Assembly: GCA_032718475.1 (NCBI GenBank)
Contig: JAUCBJ010000182.1
Location: 1 to 37,713, forward strand
Source of the DNA: Nemertoderma westbladi
Taxonomy: Eukaryota; Animalia; Xenacoelomorpha
Direction of reading: 5' to 3'
DNA length: 37,713 nucleotides
Part shown: piece after piece, positions 1 through 11,716 of the stretch
How positions within the stretch are numbered: the stretch's first letter is position 1
Layout: every line of letters begins with the position of its first letter
Notes under the pieces: generated by a model
The model's database searches: none
What the model saw: only the letters and a program-made list of their open reading frames with translations
What the model was told of the DNA's origin: nothing
Position numbers and translations under genes: made by a program

Positions 1-729
1 CTACTGACTTTCCCCCGCCTTCCGGAATTTTCGCCGACCGACGAGACCGAATCCTCGGGGTTAACCTCGGATTCGCCCTCCTGCGGTCCCCTCCAACCCA
101 CTAATTTGATTCCCCGGGCATCGACTAAGTATGGCCCTATGTACACTACACCAGGCTCCATACCCCTACATTCCCATAGTTCAAACAGTTCGGTGGCAAC
201 CCCTCTCGCTCTCTCATCGGCTAGTTCTCCCTGCCCAAAGCGTACTAAGTAATCAAAATGTTTATTCAACTCACCTAGCCGCTTCTCTAGCTTCACCTGG
301 TCTATCTTGGCCCCTGCTTTGGCTTCCGTTAGTTGCTTCCGGGTTGCGTTGTAGGCTCGTCGGAGCCGGTCGCTGACTCCGACGTCCTCATCGCCGACAT
401 CCCCTCTATCCCACATTGTCCGGCGTCGTACCGGCGGCCCCACCGTCGCCGTTCCGGTGGGCCATCCGTTGCCCTCGGCCTGTGGCTGGCCGCCGACATC
501 GGCACGTCGACCGCCGTCGTGTGTCGACTCGTCGACTCTTCTCTCCACTCTCGACTCGTCCTCTCGCTGTAGACGGACCATCTACCCTCTCCATTTGGAT
601 TGCCGGAGTGCATCTATCGTCGACGGATCCCGGCGTCGTGGGTCGGTACCGTCGCGTCGCGGCCTCGCGGATCGTTAGGTCAGCGTCGCCCGGGGTCCGC
701 GGCGGTGTCGTCTCTCCTTCTCGACTCAT
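1..729 (-). pseudogene. gag: 5' part of Bel/Pao gag (degenerate), runs off the left edge of the window
   Basis: The reverse complement of 1-432 aligns by eye with 21161-21593, e.g. shared cggctaggtgagt.gaataaacatt and gaggttaac.ccgaggattcggtctcgtcgg. That copy continues into a DUF1759-type gag. ATG at 729 lies just inside the LTR at 807-1414. Confidence 0.65.
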
Positions 730-806
730 CTCTGTCTTTACTCGGTGGCTCGGTGGCTGGCAGTTAGTTTCTATCGTTTTTCGGGCAACTGCTGGAGTCT
801 TATTAC

Positions 807-1414
807 TGTGACGGGATCCGAGAATCCCGATTTATCCCGGTTAGTCTTATCTACGCGTCCCCGCCGTGTGTGTGTGAAAAGAGTTCTGGGGTATAGTTGG
901 ATTGAGTCAGTTCTGATCTTGTCGACTGAATATAGGATATAATATGACTGATATAGAATAAAGCATAGACACAGTTGATTGAATGTGAAGGAATAAGTGT
1001 ACCGGTAAAATAGCTGAAGTGAATGGTGGCGGCAGCGGACGGTAATATAGAGTTCCCGTTCTGCCCTAACTGAACTGACTAACTGAGTGAATAAATGAGG
1101 AACAGTAACTGGTTATATATTGCACTGGTTTGGCCGTATTACATTACTCAGTGGATGCCTGCCTCCCATTGGCTAATAACCCAATTCTCGCCCTCCCATC
1201 TCTCTGGGAGTGCTTCCCCCCGCTACTGTCACTCTCTCCCTCCCGGAGGTGTAACCTCTGACCCCCGCTGTGTGTGTGTTCCTTTGGGGTTTGTCGCCCC
1301 GTTTATTGGGGTGATACGAGGTTTATTGGCAATCAACCTCGTACTCCCAATATTGCTTAAAGGCCCCGCTTGGCTAACTTTATGGGGTGGTTGGCGGAAT
1401 TGAATTCGCTAACA
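807..1414 (-). mobile_element. LTR (probable 5' LTR of a minus-strand Bel/Pao element)
   Basis: Plus-strand termini are TGTGACGG...GCTAACA (TG..CA). Homologous to the LTR at 24033-24594 (shared tctacgcgtccccgccgtgtgtg and aatcaacctcgt..tcccaatattgctt). Minus-strand TATATAA at ~1113-1119. Flanks attac/gaaaa do not match, so this is not a solo LTR. Confidence 0.85.
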
Positions 1415-1559
1415 GAAAAACAACAATAGGACACTCAGTTAAAGGAAAAGAGGACCAAACAGCTCGAGTGCTATACATCTTCCGACGAGTTTGACAAATC
1501 ATCAGATAAATCTCGGACTTCCAGAAGCGGAAGACGCTTGGAACGAGCTGAACGCCACC

Positions 1560-1837
1560 GCCTGCCTTGGTGTAGTGGTTGCATTGAATTCACATCTCCC
1601 ATAGGTTGTGGGTTCGATCCTCACATGGGCCAGGGCAGTTTTCGTTTCGGCACGAATGCTTTAAAGGGACCAGCCAGGGCACATCTCTGCCTTGCATCCT
1701 TAAGTGGTAGCTAAATGAGTACTGGAGTTTCCTCTGGGGAATAAAGTTCTGGGGGGACCGCACTGGAAATAAGTCGTCAGACTTTGTGAGTAATCCCTGG
1801 CCTAGCGGCCGAAGAAAATTTACTTTTACTTTTTTTT
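1560..1837 (+). mobile_element. tRNA-derived SINE
   Basis: Pol III A-box TGGTGTAGTGG (1568-1578) and B-box GGTTCGATCC (1611-1620). Body contains ctctgccttgcatccttaagtggtagctaaatgagtactgg. Tail is (TTTAC)2 plus T-run. gcctg is repeated at 1560-1564 and 1838-1842 (TSD or microhomology). Confidence 0.85.
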
Positions 1838-2501
1838 GCCTGAACTGTCACCTCAGCATCCCGCTAATCCCATTAAAAATCCCCTTGGACCCAAAACCGA
1901 CTCTGACTCCGACTTTTTCAAACCTGTTAACACGCCTAACAAACCTGATTCCCCGCGCGCTGGCATATTAATAAATCCTTCTAAGCCGAATATGACATCA
2001 GCGGCTAATGTAACTCAAACCAAAATAACACCCCTTGGTATTACGACAACTACTGTAGGGAGTAATCAGACTTAAAATCTGCAACTTAAAACTTCTACAG
2101 TATATAGTGAAAGATTAAACGAGTCTTCTTTATACCTGTGAGCCTGTAAATAATAAAATGAAACAATTAAATAATATCGATTTTGAATTAAATCGACTAA
2201 GTAATCAAAGGGAGATAGTGAGTGAACAAAATCAGCTACAATGGCAAGCATTAGAAAAACAACAACAACAACGGCAACAATTAATTACAGCAGCATTTAA
2301 GTTGCATGACGAAGCTGCCAATAACGAGCAATCCCAGATTGCACAACATCGTCAGCTACAAGAATTACTAAATGAATCTGTACAAGCCGCCAATGTTCTA
2401 GAGGAGCTACACCAAAAGCTGGCTAATTCTCAGGACCACTTGGCCTCTAACAAGGCCACAAGTATTCAGGAACCTAGACTCCCCTGAATATCAAAGCTTA
2501 A

Positions 2502-5426
2502 CCCTATTAAACACGGGTGGTGTTTTTGTATAATTCTGAAACAAACGAAGTTAGGAATCTGAAATTTTATGACTTTTCCTTAAAATCTATTCTCTTCATA
2601 GTAGTGAAAACCGTTTTCAAAAATATTGGGTACTTTTCGAGTTATAGCACCATTTTTTAACCCTACTTTTGGCACTTTTTTTGAGACGTTTTTTGAAAAT
2701 CACATTTCATTAAATATAAATTGTAACTTCTCTACTTTTGATTTACACCGGTTTTCTGGTGTTAGAAATTGGATGGAATTCATATAAATTGATTTAGAAA
2801 TTTCAAACTTGTTTTGTTCGATGTGTGCCAAATTTTGGTGCCAGCACCAAATTTTGAAACAAATCAATTTTGTAAATTGATTGTTTGAAACTTGTTTTTT
2901 ACGCAATTGGGGTTTTTTGGGGTTCTGGATTCAATGAAATATATACGAGTTGCACCAAGCGTAATTAACTTGCATTTTTCGGTGCTGTGTGCAAATTTTG
3001 GTGCTAGCACGAAATTTTGAAAATCCATTCAATAGATAAAATTGCTTGTGACAATTTATGCATTTTAGAGGTTTATGGCTGTTCTGAATTCAATGGAAAA
3101 TATAATTATCGAACTAGACATCTCAAACTTGTATTTTTCGGATGTGGGTGCAAAATGTGGTGCTAGCACCAAATTTTGAAAACCATCAAATATATCAATT
3201 GATTGTGTCACCTTGTTTCTCGCGTTATACGGGTTTGTGATGGTTCTGAATTCAATGGAATCAGTAAAAATTTCTTAAGAGTTCTCAAACTTGTATTTTT
3301 CGCCGGTTTTTGAAAATTGTTTTGCCAGCACCAAATTTTGGAAAATATGCAAATTGATAAATAGATAGTATCACCTTGTTTCTTGCGTTATACGGGTTTA
3401 TGAGGGTCCTTAACCCTATTAAACCCGGGGGGGGGGGTCAATATGACCCCTCCCGTGGTTTTTTTATTATAATTCTGAAACAAACGCAGTTGGGATTCTG
3501 AAATTTTATGACTTTTCCTAAAAATCTATTGTCTTCCTAGGAGTGAAAACCGTTTTCAAAAATATTGGGTAGTTTTCGAGTTATAGCACCATTTTTTAAC
3601 CCTACTTTTGGCACTTTTTTTGAGACGTTTTTTGAAAATTACATTTCATTAAATATTAATTGTAACATCTCTATTTTTGATTTACACCGGTTTTTTGGTG
3701 TTAGCAATTAGATGGAATTCATATAAATTGATTTAGAAATTTCAAACTTGTTTTTTTCGGCGGGTGCCAAATTTTGGTGCCAGCACCAAATTTTGAAATA
3801 TGTCAATTTTGTAAATTGATTGTTAGAAACTTGTTTTTTACGCAATTGGGGTTTTTTGGGGTTCTGGTTTCGATGAAATATATACGAGTTGCACCAAGCG
3901 CATCAAACTTGTATTTTTCGGTGCTGTGTGCAAATTTTGGTGCTAGCAAAAAATTTTGAAAATCCATTCAATAGATAAAATTGCTTGTGACAATTTATTT
4001 CTTGCATTTTAGAGGTTTATGGCTGTTCTGAATTCAATGGAATATATAACTATCGAACTATACATCTCAAACTTGTATTTTTCGGAAGTGGGTGCAAAAT
4101 GTGGTGCTAGCACCAAATTTTGAAAACCATCAAATATATCAATTGATTGTGTCATCTTGTTTCTTGCGTTATACGGGTTTGTTAGGGTCCTGAATCCGAT
4201 GGAAACAATAAAAACAGCACTGGACATCGCAAACTTGTACTTTTTGGTGATGGGTACGAAATTTGGTGCTAGCACCAAAATTTGCCAAATTACGCCGAAA
4301 AATACAAGTAGCAATGATCTGGCATATTTGAAATGTATTCCATTAGAATCAGCGCCCTAGAAAACCTAAAAATGTGAATTTATAGCATCGTATAAGTGAA
4401 TTAAAAATTTTGTGTTCTAACTGAAAAGTGCTGGTTACTTGTTTTTTTCATTTTTTTCCTACGCCTAGAGGACTAAACAGCCATTTATGGTAATGATATC
4501 ATTTTTAAATATTTTCCAATGCATTTTGCGCCCCAGAAAACCTGTATTGAAAAACAATTAGCCGAAAAATGTAACTTTCAAATTTTGTGAAAATTGTGCA
4601 CTACTTGTAATTTTGGTGCTGCAATATTACCACTCCAGTACATTTTTTTGAAATTTTTTTTTTTCGGTCGGATCCAGACTAGTGATACCTACGTACAAAC
4701 AAAAAATCAGACGTTTTCGTTAATATTTGTAGATTTTAGAGGGAGGGGTCAATATGACCCCCCCCCCGGTATTTGTACAGCATTTTATAGCCCGGTACTA
4801 ATAGGGTTAATCTGATGGAATCAACTGTGGACTCACTGGACATCGCAAACTTGTACTTTTTGGTGATGGGTACGAAATTTGGTGCTAGCACCAAAATTTG
4901 CCAAATTACGCCGAAAAATACAAGTAGCAATGATCTGGCATATTAGAAATGTATTCCATTAGAATCAGCGCCCTCGAAAACCTGAGAATGTGAATTTATA
5001 GCATCGTATAAGTGAATTACAAATTTTGTGTTCTAACTGAAAAGTGCTGGTTACTTGTTTTTTTCATTTTTTTCCTACGCAGAGAGGACTAAACAGCCAT
5101 TTATAGTAATCATATCATTTTTAATATTTTCCAATGTATTTTGCACCCCAGAAAACCTGTATTGAAAAATAATTAGCCGAAAATATAACTTTCAAATTTT
5201 GTGAAAAATGTGCACTACTTGTAATTTTAGTGCTGCAATATAACCACCCCAGTACATTTTTTCGAAAATTTTTTTTTTCGGTCGGATCCAGACAAGTGAT
5301 ACCTACGTACAAACAAAAAATCAGACGTTTTCGTAAATATTTATAGATTTTAGAGGGGGGGGGGGTTAATATGACCCCCCCCCCCCCGGTATTTGTACAA
5401 CATTTTATAGCCCGGTACTAATAGGG
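2502..5426. mobile_element. Non-autonomous piggyBac-like element, outer copy
   Basis: TTAA at 2498-2501 and 5427-5430. Termini CCCTATTAAACACGGG / CCCGGTACTAATAGGG. No transposase ORF. Internal ~110-120 bp subrepeats containing tttggtgctagcaccaaa. Confidence 0.9.
3414..4806. mobile_element. Non-autonomous piggyBac-like element, inner complete copy (~1.39 kb) of the same family
   Basis: TTAA at 3410-3413 and 4807-4810. Termini CCCTATTAAACCCGGG / CCCGGTACTAATAGGG. Subterminal palindrome ggggtcaatatgacccc near both ends. Highly similar to the outer copy. Confidence 0.92.
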
Positions 5427-5686
5427 TTAAAGAAAGCCTCTAATATAAATGGCGTTGAAGCTGAAAATATATCACGCCTTCCTATCTCACCCAATGTTAA
5501 AGGCCCTGAATACACCACAGGTACACAAAATGACACACAAAATCATAATAATGTAAATAATGTAGGCCTCTGTGATAACTCTACTTTTAACTCAATGTTT
5601 AATAGTACTATAGCTCAAGATAGTTTCACCCGCCAATTAGCGCGTACTGAAGCGCGTCAAGCTGTCAAGTTGGTGAAATTATTAAA

Positions 5687-6616
5687 TTTAATGGAAATGA
5701 GTTCAAATGGCTTCCATTTAGAAAATATGTAAAGGATAGTATAATTAGTTCTCCATTACCAAATAGTGAGAAACTACGCTTCCTCATAGATTGCTTAGAA
5801 GGCTATCCAAAGAAATTAGCACAAAGATATATCGGACACCCACAAGGATTGGAAGAATTATGGAAACTGTTACACGCTAGATATGAAGATGAAGTGTCTA
5901 TAGCTCAATATCTATATCGAAAGTTGGTTAATCGTAAATGTGTGATAACTACAGAACTGATTGAATTCGTTGACGAGATTAAAGAAATCTGTAGACAACT
6001 AGATTGGTTGGATAAACACGTATATTATGACACCCCCATTGTAGTTGGTATGATTTCCGCAGCGCTACCTAAGGGTAGTATATCCATACGATGGGACCTC
6101 AACGTATTGAATGCACAGCTCCGTAATAAACCAGCTTTAGGTATGAAGGAATTCTTGGAATACCTCGATTATGAATCCTCATTGCTGATGATTACCCAGC
6201 GGCGCGAGCGTTACTTAGATCCGAAATCCGACAAAACAACCCCAACTAGGTGTTGGGGGCAGGTTTATCAAACTGTTCTGTCAACCTGTGAGGAGGAATC
6301 CGAAGGAAGTGAAAACTCCTATAATATCTCGGATAACCAGAAACATAGCAACCAACAGCGTAGGGGCCTGAAACAATTAAATCCGCTAATTAAATTTACG
6401 ACCTATAACGCCGGCTGTTTATTATGTAGTAAAAACTCCCATAGGCTCCCGCACTGTCCAGACTTTATTCGAAAGTCTTTGGAGAAACGAAGAGAAACTG
6501 TAACCGCTTTAAATGTATGTTTCCTGTGCTTGTGCGCTGGACACAATAGAAGCAAGTGTTATTTACGGGACACGTACAAATGTGTTAAGTGTAATGGAAA
6601 ACATCACTACCTATGA
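5687..6616 (+). pseudogene. gag: Bel/Pao gag core (DUF1759-like) and three-knuckle nucleocapsid
   Basis: In frame with ORF 5849-6616: FNGNEFKWLPF...EKLRFLIDCLEG...LWKLLHARYED. Knuckles CLLCSKNSHRLPHC, CFLCLCAGHNRSKC and CVKCNGKHHYL*C are the typical Bel/Pao triplet. Confidence 0.85.
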
Positions 6617-6624
6617 TGCAATAA

Positions 6625-7795
6625 TTGCATCATAAGGATATAGACCCTCGTGTGGAAATAAAGATTAAATTCACCGATTATGCCCCTTATGACATGAGGG
6701 GAAGTACCAAACAGGAGTTCTATACGGACGAGTTCTCTATGGACGAGGAAAGTTGCAATAATGTAGTGGTCTGTACAGCCATCACGTATGAGCCACCATT
6801 ATGCCCAGAACAACCGATTAACAGTGACATATCATTAAAGACCTCTGACCCAAAATCGCTCGGTGTTAGAGAATTCCCCGTTTGGCAAGTTCGACTACAC
6901 TGTAACAACCGTAGCTTCATCGTAAACGCCTTGATGGATACAGGAAGTTCTGGCTCCTTTATTGATCAAGACCTTGCAGAGGAGTTATTTAGCAAGGCAG
7001 ACGGACATCCAATGAAATTAAATCTATCCGGCATAATGCAAACCTGGCAATCAGTTATACAAACTCGTTATTACAAAATTTCTTTATCTGACCCTGGTGA
7101 TATAAATGATATGTAAATTAAACAACATCAAGGTGGTTGCGATTAAGAACTTTACCAATAGTCAAGCACCTGTGTATAACTGGGACAACGATGACTTTGT
7201 GAAACGTAATAACATGCTGCGATATAAACTCGATCTACCTGGAGTTCGATTATTAATCGCCCAGAACGCGCCAGAGGCCCTGGAAATTTTACAAAAACTC
7301 CCTAGTTCGCCTCTGCCTTTAACCACATATGCTGGTAGAACCAGGATCGGTTGGTTCTGCACTGGCCCATCAATAAAGACTTTAAATGAAAGAATGTCTA
7401 GTGACAATATATCAACCAATCACATTCATTCAGAAAACATATCGACCAATTACATCCATTCTCCTAAACCCGGTTATGTTGTGGAAGCGGATGAATTCGC
7501 GGTGGGAGGACCCGATTTTGGGACAAAGTTTTCAAAAATTTGCGGTGAATCCAGTAAACCCAGCAACAACAATCAACCGACATCACGACTTAATACGGAC
7601 GAATATGGAGAACCCATTAACGCAGTAACCAATAACTATGTAAACAAATTGGACAGCCCAAACTCAGACCCACTTATTTCCCCCCAATTATTTCAAACTC
7701 AATCAGACTTACCTAATACTAAAGAAGGTCTATCCCCACTGATAGCCCGTGCCATGAACCATTATAGCTCATGGGATAATTATGTAGGGCTATAA
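6625..7795 (+). pseudogene. Bel/Pao aspartic protease and linker (frameshifted at ~7110)
   Basis: NALMDTGSSGSFI catalytic motif, followed by RLLIAQN and RTRIGWFCTGP (T-x-x-GW motif downstream of the Pao protease). Confidence 0.8.
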
Positions 7796-8879
7796 CTACT
7801 CCACATCCAAAGAAAATAATTGACTACTATCATCCACCGTTCAAACTATAATACTATTTCAATCGACCAACCGGCCGTCCTTGTTTATTAGAACTGGCAA
7901 GGGAACGTTCTGGTAACTACGGGCAACGACGAGTTAGGCCAAGTAGTCTAACCTACAAACTTGAGTAACGTCTTATAGAAGGTTACGATTGAGTAACGTA
8001 ATTATTTGTTAGCTATTTAATATAGCATAGGTATTAGTATTAGACTACACTGCAGGTAGCAACAAAACCTACTTATGTTAATCGTACGTTGTATATGATG
8101 GTCACATGTGCAACAATTTAATTTAACAGTAAATTATTTGACTTAAAACTTAAATAATTCAAAATAAGTGACTAATTACTAACGACAATACTCAATCGTG
8201 GAAGCGGATTTGTGTGACGTTACCAGCATAGAAATATGCGAAAAATTTTCAAAAATGTTTGTATTGAATACAAATATTAAATATCGCCATAAATATTACA
8301 TAAATATTACAGTACATACTAGTGTAAAATAAGTGTGAGAGCTGAGCGTTCTAATTCCTACATTTACCAGCATGTCGCCGAACAATTTGGATTAATTAAA
8401 ACCAAAACAAGGTGTTTCACTGAAAACACAAATGATGTCTGTATAACTGTGAATGCAACCTTAGGTACAGTTTGCATTACAGAAACTCATCCTGTTATCA
8501 TGAATACACAAAACAGTGACATTCTGGTAAATATTAAATAAGTCTTTTGAACCATATTCCAGGGACTTTATCGCGGTGTGTAGTAGCTGTTTGAGTAGGG
8601 AGATGACGTTCGCCTACCCCCGTTGTAGTCATATACTCAAATAAGCACCTCTATATGTTGAAACACCCTCTTCCGATAAACGAGATTCTCGGGAACAGCA
8701 TGCGGAGATGATGGATACGATGATGGCTGATCTCACTAGTGAATCTACCGAACTCACTCTCAGAGTATGTCGCGCCGTATGGACATGTGGACGAAGAGCG
8801 GACGTAGCGTGGACGATTGAACGACGAACGCGAATCAACTTCTTTGGTCCAACCCGCGGTCCAGACTTTAATGGATGGA

Positions 8880-9492
8880 TGATCAGTGGGATCCCGACCG
8901 GGTAAGTAGACTACGCGTCACCATTTGGGATAAAATAATAGCAGTTTGTTGTTATCGCTCTGATATTCGTAATAGATAATAGCACAGTTCAATTGACAAT
9001 ATAATAGCAGTCCGGTAGTGATAATGTAATATGTAGTGATGGTGACGGCGACAGTGAAAAACATCACCGGTCTGCACTGAACTGAATGACTGAGTAAACT
9101 GATTAACTGACCGGTAATAGGATAATATATCTATTCATTCCTACATTACTTTGGTACATTACTGACCGGTAATAGGATAATATATCTATTCATTCCTACA
9201 TTACTTTGGCCTTTGTCCAGTGGATACTTTTCCCTGCTTCTTATTGGTTGATAACCTACTTCACGCCTCTCACCTCTGTGGGAGTGCTTCCCCCCCTGCT
9301 GTTGGTTACTTGCCCTCTCGAGATGGTTTGACCTCTAACCTCCCTTTGTGTGGCCTTTGGGGATTGTGTTATCCCGTTATTGGGTGTGATACGAGATTGG
9401 TTGTTATCAACCTCGTATCTCCAATATTGCTGAAAAAGGGCGCCACTTCCCAACTCTATGGGGGTAATGGAGCGGAATTGAATCCGCTCACA
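8880..9492 (-). mobile_element. Solo LTR related to the 807 and 24033 LTRs
   Basis: TG...CA ends. Right end gcggaattgaatccgctcaca and internal atcaacctcgtatctccaatattgct match the other LTRs. Flanks atgga (8875-8879) and atgaa (9493-9497) form a 4/5 TSD. Internal 49-bp duplication at 9106-9154 / 9161-9209. Confidence 0.75.
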
Positions 9493-10454
9493 ATGAAAGG
9501 GTTCCAAAGTAAAGCACGTATTCACACGTCTGGGTCTGTAAAACGTTTTCGGTGACGCTTACAGTCAAACCCAACCGATACACAGACATCTCTAACCTCA
9601 ATTTATTTGTGAATGCTCTGATGTTGTAAACTCACACCCTGCAAACATTTTGACGTTAATTTAACGTTAATTTACGTTAATATTCTACCATTCCAACGTT
9701 ATTTTTTAACATGCCCTTACGTTAAATTAACGTATTATTGGCCGGGGTTACTACGTTAAAAATAGACATAAATTTTACTCAAATCATATAATTAACTCAT
9801 GTCTGAAAATAACGTTAACTGCCGTATATTATGAACGTTATTTATGAACGTGCCATTACGTTAAATTAACGTATTATTGGCCGGGTTTACTACGTTAAAT
9901 AAACACATTAAAAAAATACCTCAATAATACATTAAAAAAATACGTCACCAATACGTTATTTTTGATTCAAAAGCATAAAAAAGATCAAGTTTGAGATTTA
10001 CTTCATGGACCACAGCGACAGTTACTTGGTGGACCTGCAAGAGACTGGGGGGGGGGGGGGGACCTAACCCTAACATACACAGCCTACGCCTACGCCCCTA
10101 CACCTACTACACCTTAAGAGTGGAACATTGAATGCATTTAGGCAAAATAAATATCGGATTATTTCTGAGAAGAATTATGATGACTTTTGATCAATTGCTA
10201 AGAAATTTGTTTAGATTTATATAAAATACTATCACATACCTATTTGGCCTCTACATTAGATGAATCATTTGATTAAATTATTTAAATTTATTATAATTAA
10301 TATATATTTTTATTAATTAAATCAGTATCATTAATTATTGCATAAAAAGGATAAACATTTTGTTAAAGCCAATAATTAATTTCCACCACCACCAAAATTA
10401 TATTTAGTAAGAATTTTTACATCCCTCCACCAAACACAAGTCTAAAACTTGGAT

Positions 10455-11166
10455 TCAGTAACGGTCTTGGAGGTCAAACCCCCGCAGACCGGCACCATCC
10501 CCAAACCCGAGCGCCCCCCGTGGCCGCCTACCGCCACGCAGGCACAGGGAGTTTGAGCGCAGCAGCGCAAACAATAGGCGCCTCCGCACTCCGCCCAGCA
10601 CACAGGCTAGGACTCGCTCGCGCATCCCACGCTGCCGGGCCACCAGGGTCTCCGCGAGGTGGCGGATTAGGATATCGGCCTCCTTGCACCACACCCCGTC
10701 GGTGGTTCCGACAAGGGGGGTGAAGGAGATCCGACGGTCCTCGCACACTGCGGCATAGTGTACCTTCTTGGCGCAGACCCTCTGCTGGAGAACGGAGTCT
10801 AGGGACCGGTTAACATAAGAGGGGGCGTCAGCGTTTACAACCGCAATGTCAAATGACGCCACTCTCTGTTCGGCCCAGACTCCCCTCGCCAGGAGGTCCG
10901 CCCTTACTCCACCCACCTCGCGGCCCTGTCTGTCCAGGTAGCCGGACGCCAGTGTAACCTCACGCTGGACGCACGAGCCCCCGAACGCGGACGCGATTAA
11001 GTCCCCGAAGACCTCCCGCACCTCATTGTGCCGCTTGATAATCAAGCCCCCCGACTTGCAATTAAGGGCATGGGACGTCGAAAAAGACTCCCCACACCCC
11101 TCGCACTTAGCCGGGAGGCCGGGCGGCGTCAACCCATACATACCGCAAGGCAAGGTTGTCCCGGAA
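10455..11166 (-). pseudogene. 3' fragment of a CRE-clade non-LTR retrotransposon: CCHC finger plus restriction-like endonuclease
   Basis: CEGCGESFSTSHALNC, RHNEVR, RADL, FDIAVVNADAPSY, KKVHY, FTPLVGTTDG. Upstream FRDNLALRY is shifted out of frame by a 4-bp gtat duplication at ~11136-11143. No RT domain (5' truncated). Confidence 0.85.
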
Positions 11167-11716
11167 CATTTAAATTTATTAGTTATCAAACAATTTAATT
11201 GATAATTTAAAATTAAATTATAGGAAATTAATAACTATTTAGAGTCTGACGTCATTTAACGTTAGACTTGCGTTTTTTGCAGAGGCTGGGGGTAGAATGA
11301 AACCAATTTATTGTTTGTATTAACTACACTGTATATCAAACCTCACCAATCATTTAACGATGGTAACGAATGGAGTTTATTTTATTTAGCCACTCACACT
11401 GAATATACGTAGTTCCGTTTTTATATAAATAATTGGCAGTCGAAAATGAACTTATTTAACAAATTTTACCCGGAATAAAAAATAATTCAAAGCTAAATTT
11501 ACGGTATATCGGTAATATAAATCGGCATAAGTACTATATACAGTATTGACTAAATAAACTTCAATAAACAAAAATATGAGAAATAAACAAAACTACAGTA
11601 TAAAAAAATAATACCAAAATTGAAAGAAATATTCAATATTGCATCGTTATAAATTCAATAATATTGCACATCCACATCACAATAATATATTGAAGAACAT
11701 GTAAACTAATTAATAT

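Larger units (their letters stand above)
1415..7910 (+). mobile_element. Degenerate, internally deleted Bel/Pao element A (gag-protease-integrase tail), interrupted by a SINE and piggyBac-like insertions
   Basis: Coiled-coil gag pieces (2158-2487), DUF1759-like block, three zinc knuckles, DTG protease, and integrase C-terminal motif NRPTGRPCLLE at 7861-7893 (compare RRAVGKCCLLE in the 29168 ORF). Confidence 0.75.

Noticed and set aside
761-768. 8-bp complementarity (cagttagt) between the leader and the presumed LTR transcription start, suggesting Tf1-like self-priming
   Set aside because: Too short and ~40 nt from the LTR edge; compatible with chance.
1560-1632. tRNA gene
   Set aside because: The anticodon and acceptor stems do not pair well, and the sequence continues into a SINE body and tail.
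2700-5312. Short ORFs within the piggyBac-like elements
   Set aside because: Derived from AT-rich internal subrepeats; no DDD transposase motifs.
10063-10074. CCTAACCCTAAC interstitial telomere-like motif
   Set aside because: Only two units inside a transposon; not distinguishable from chance or simple-repeat noise.
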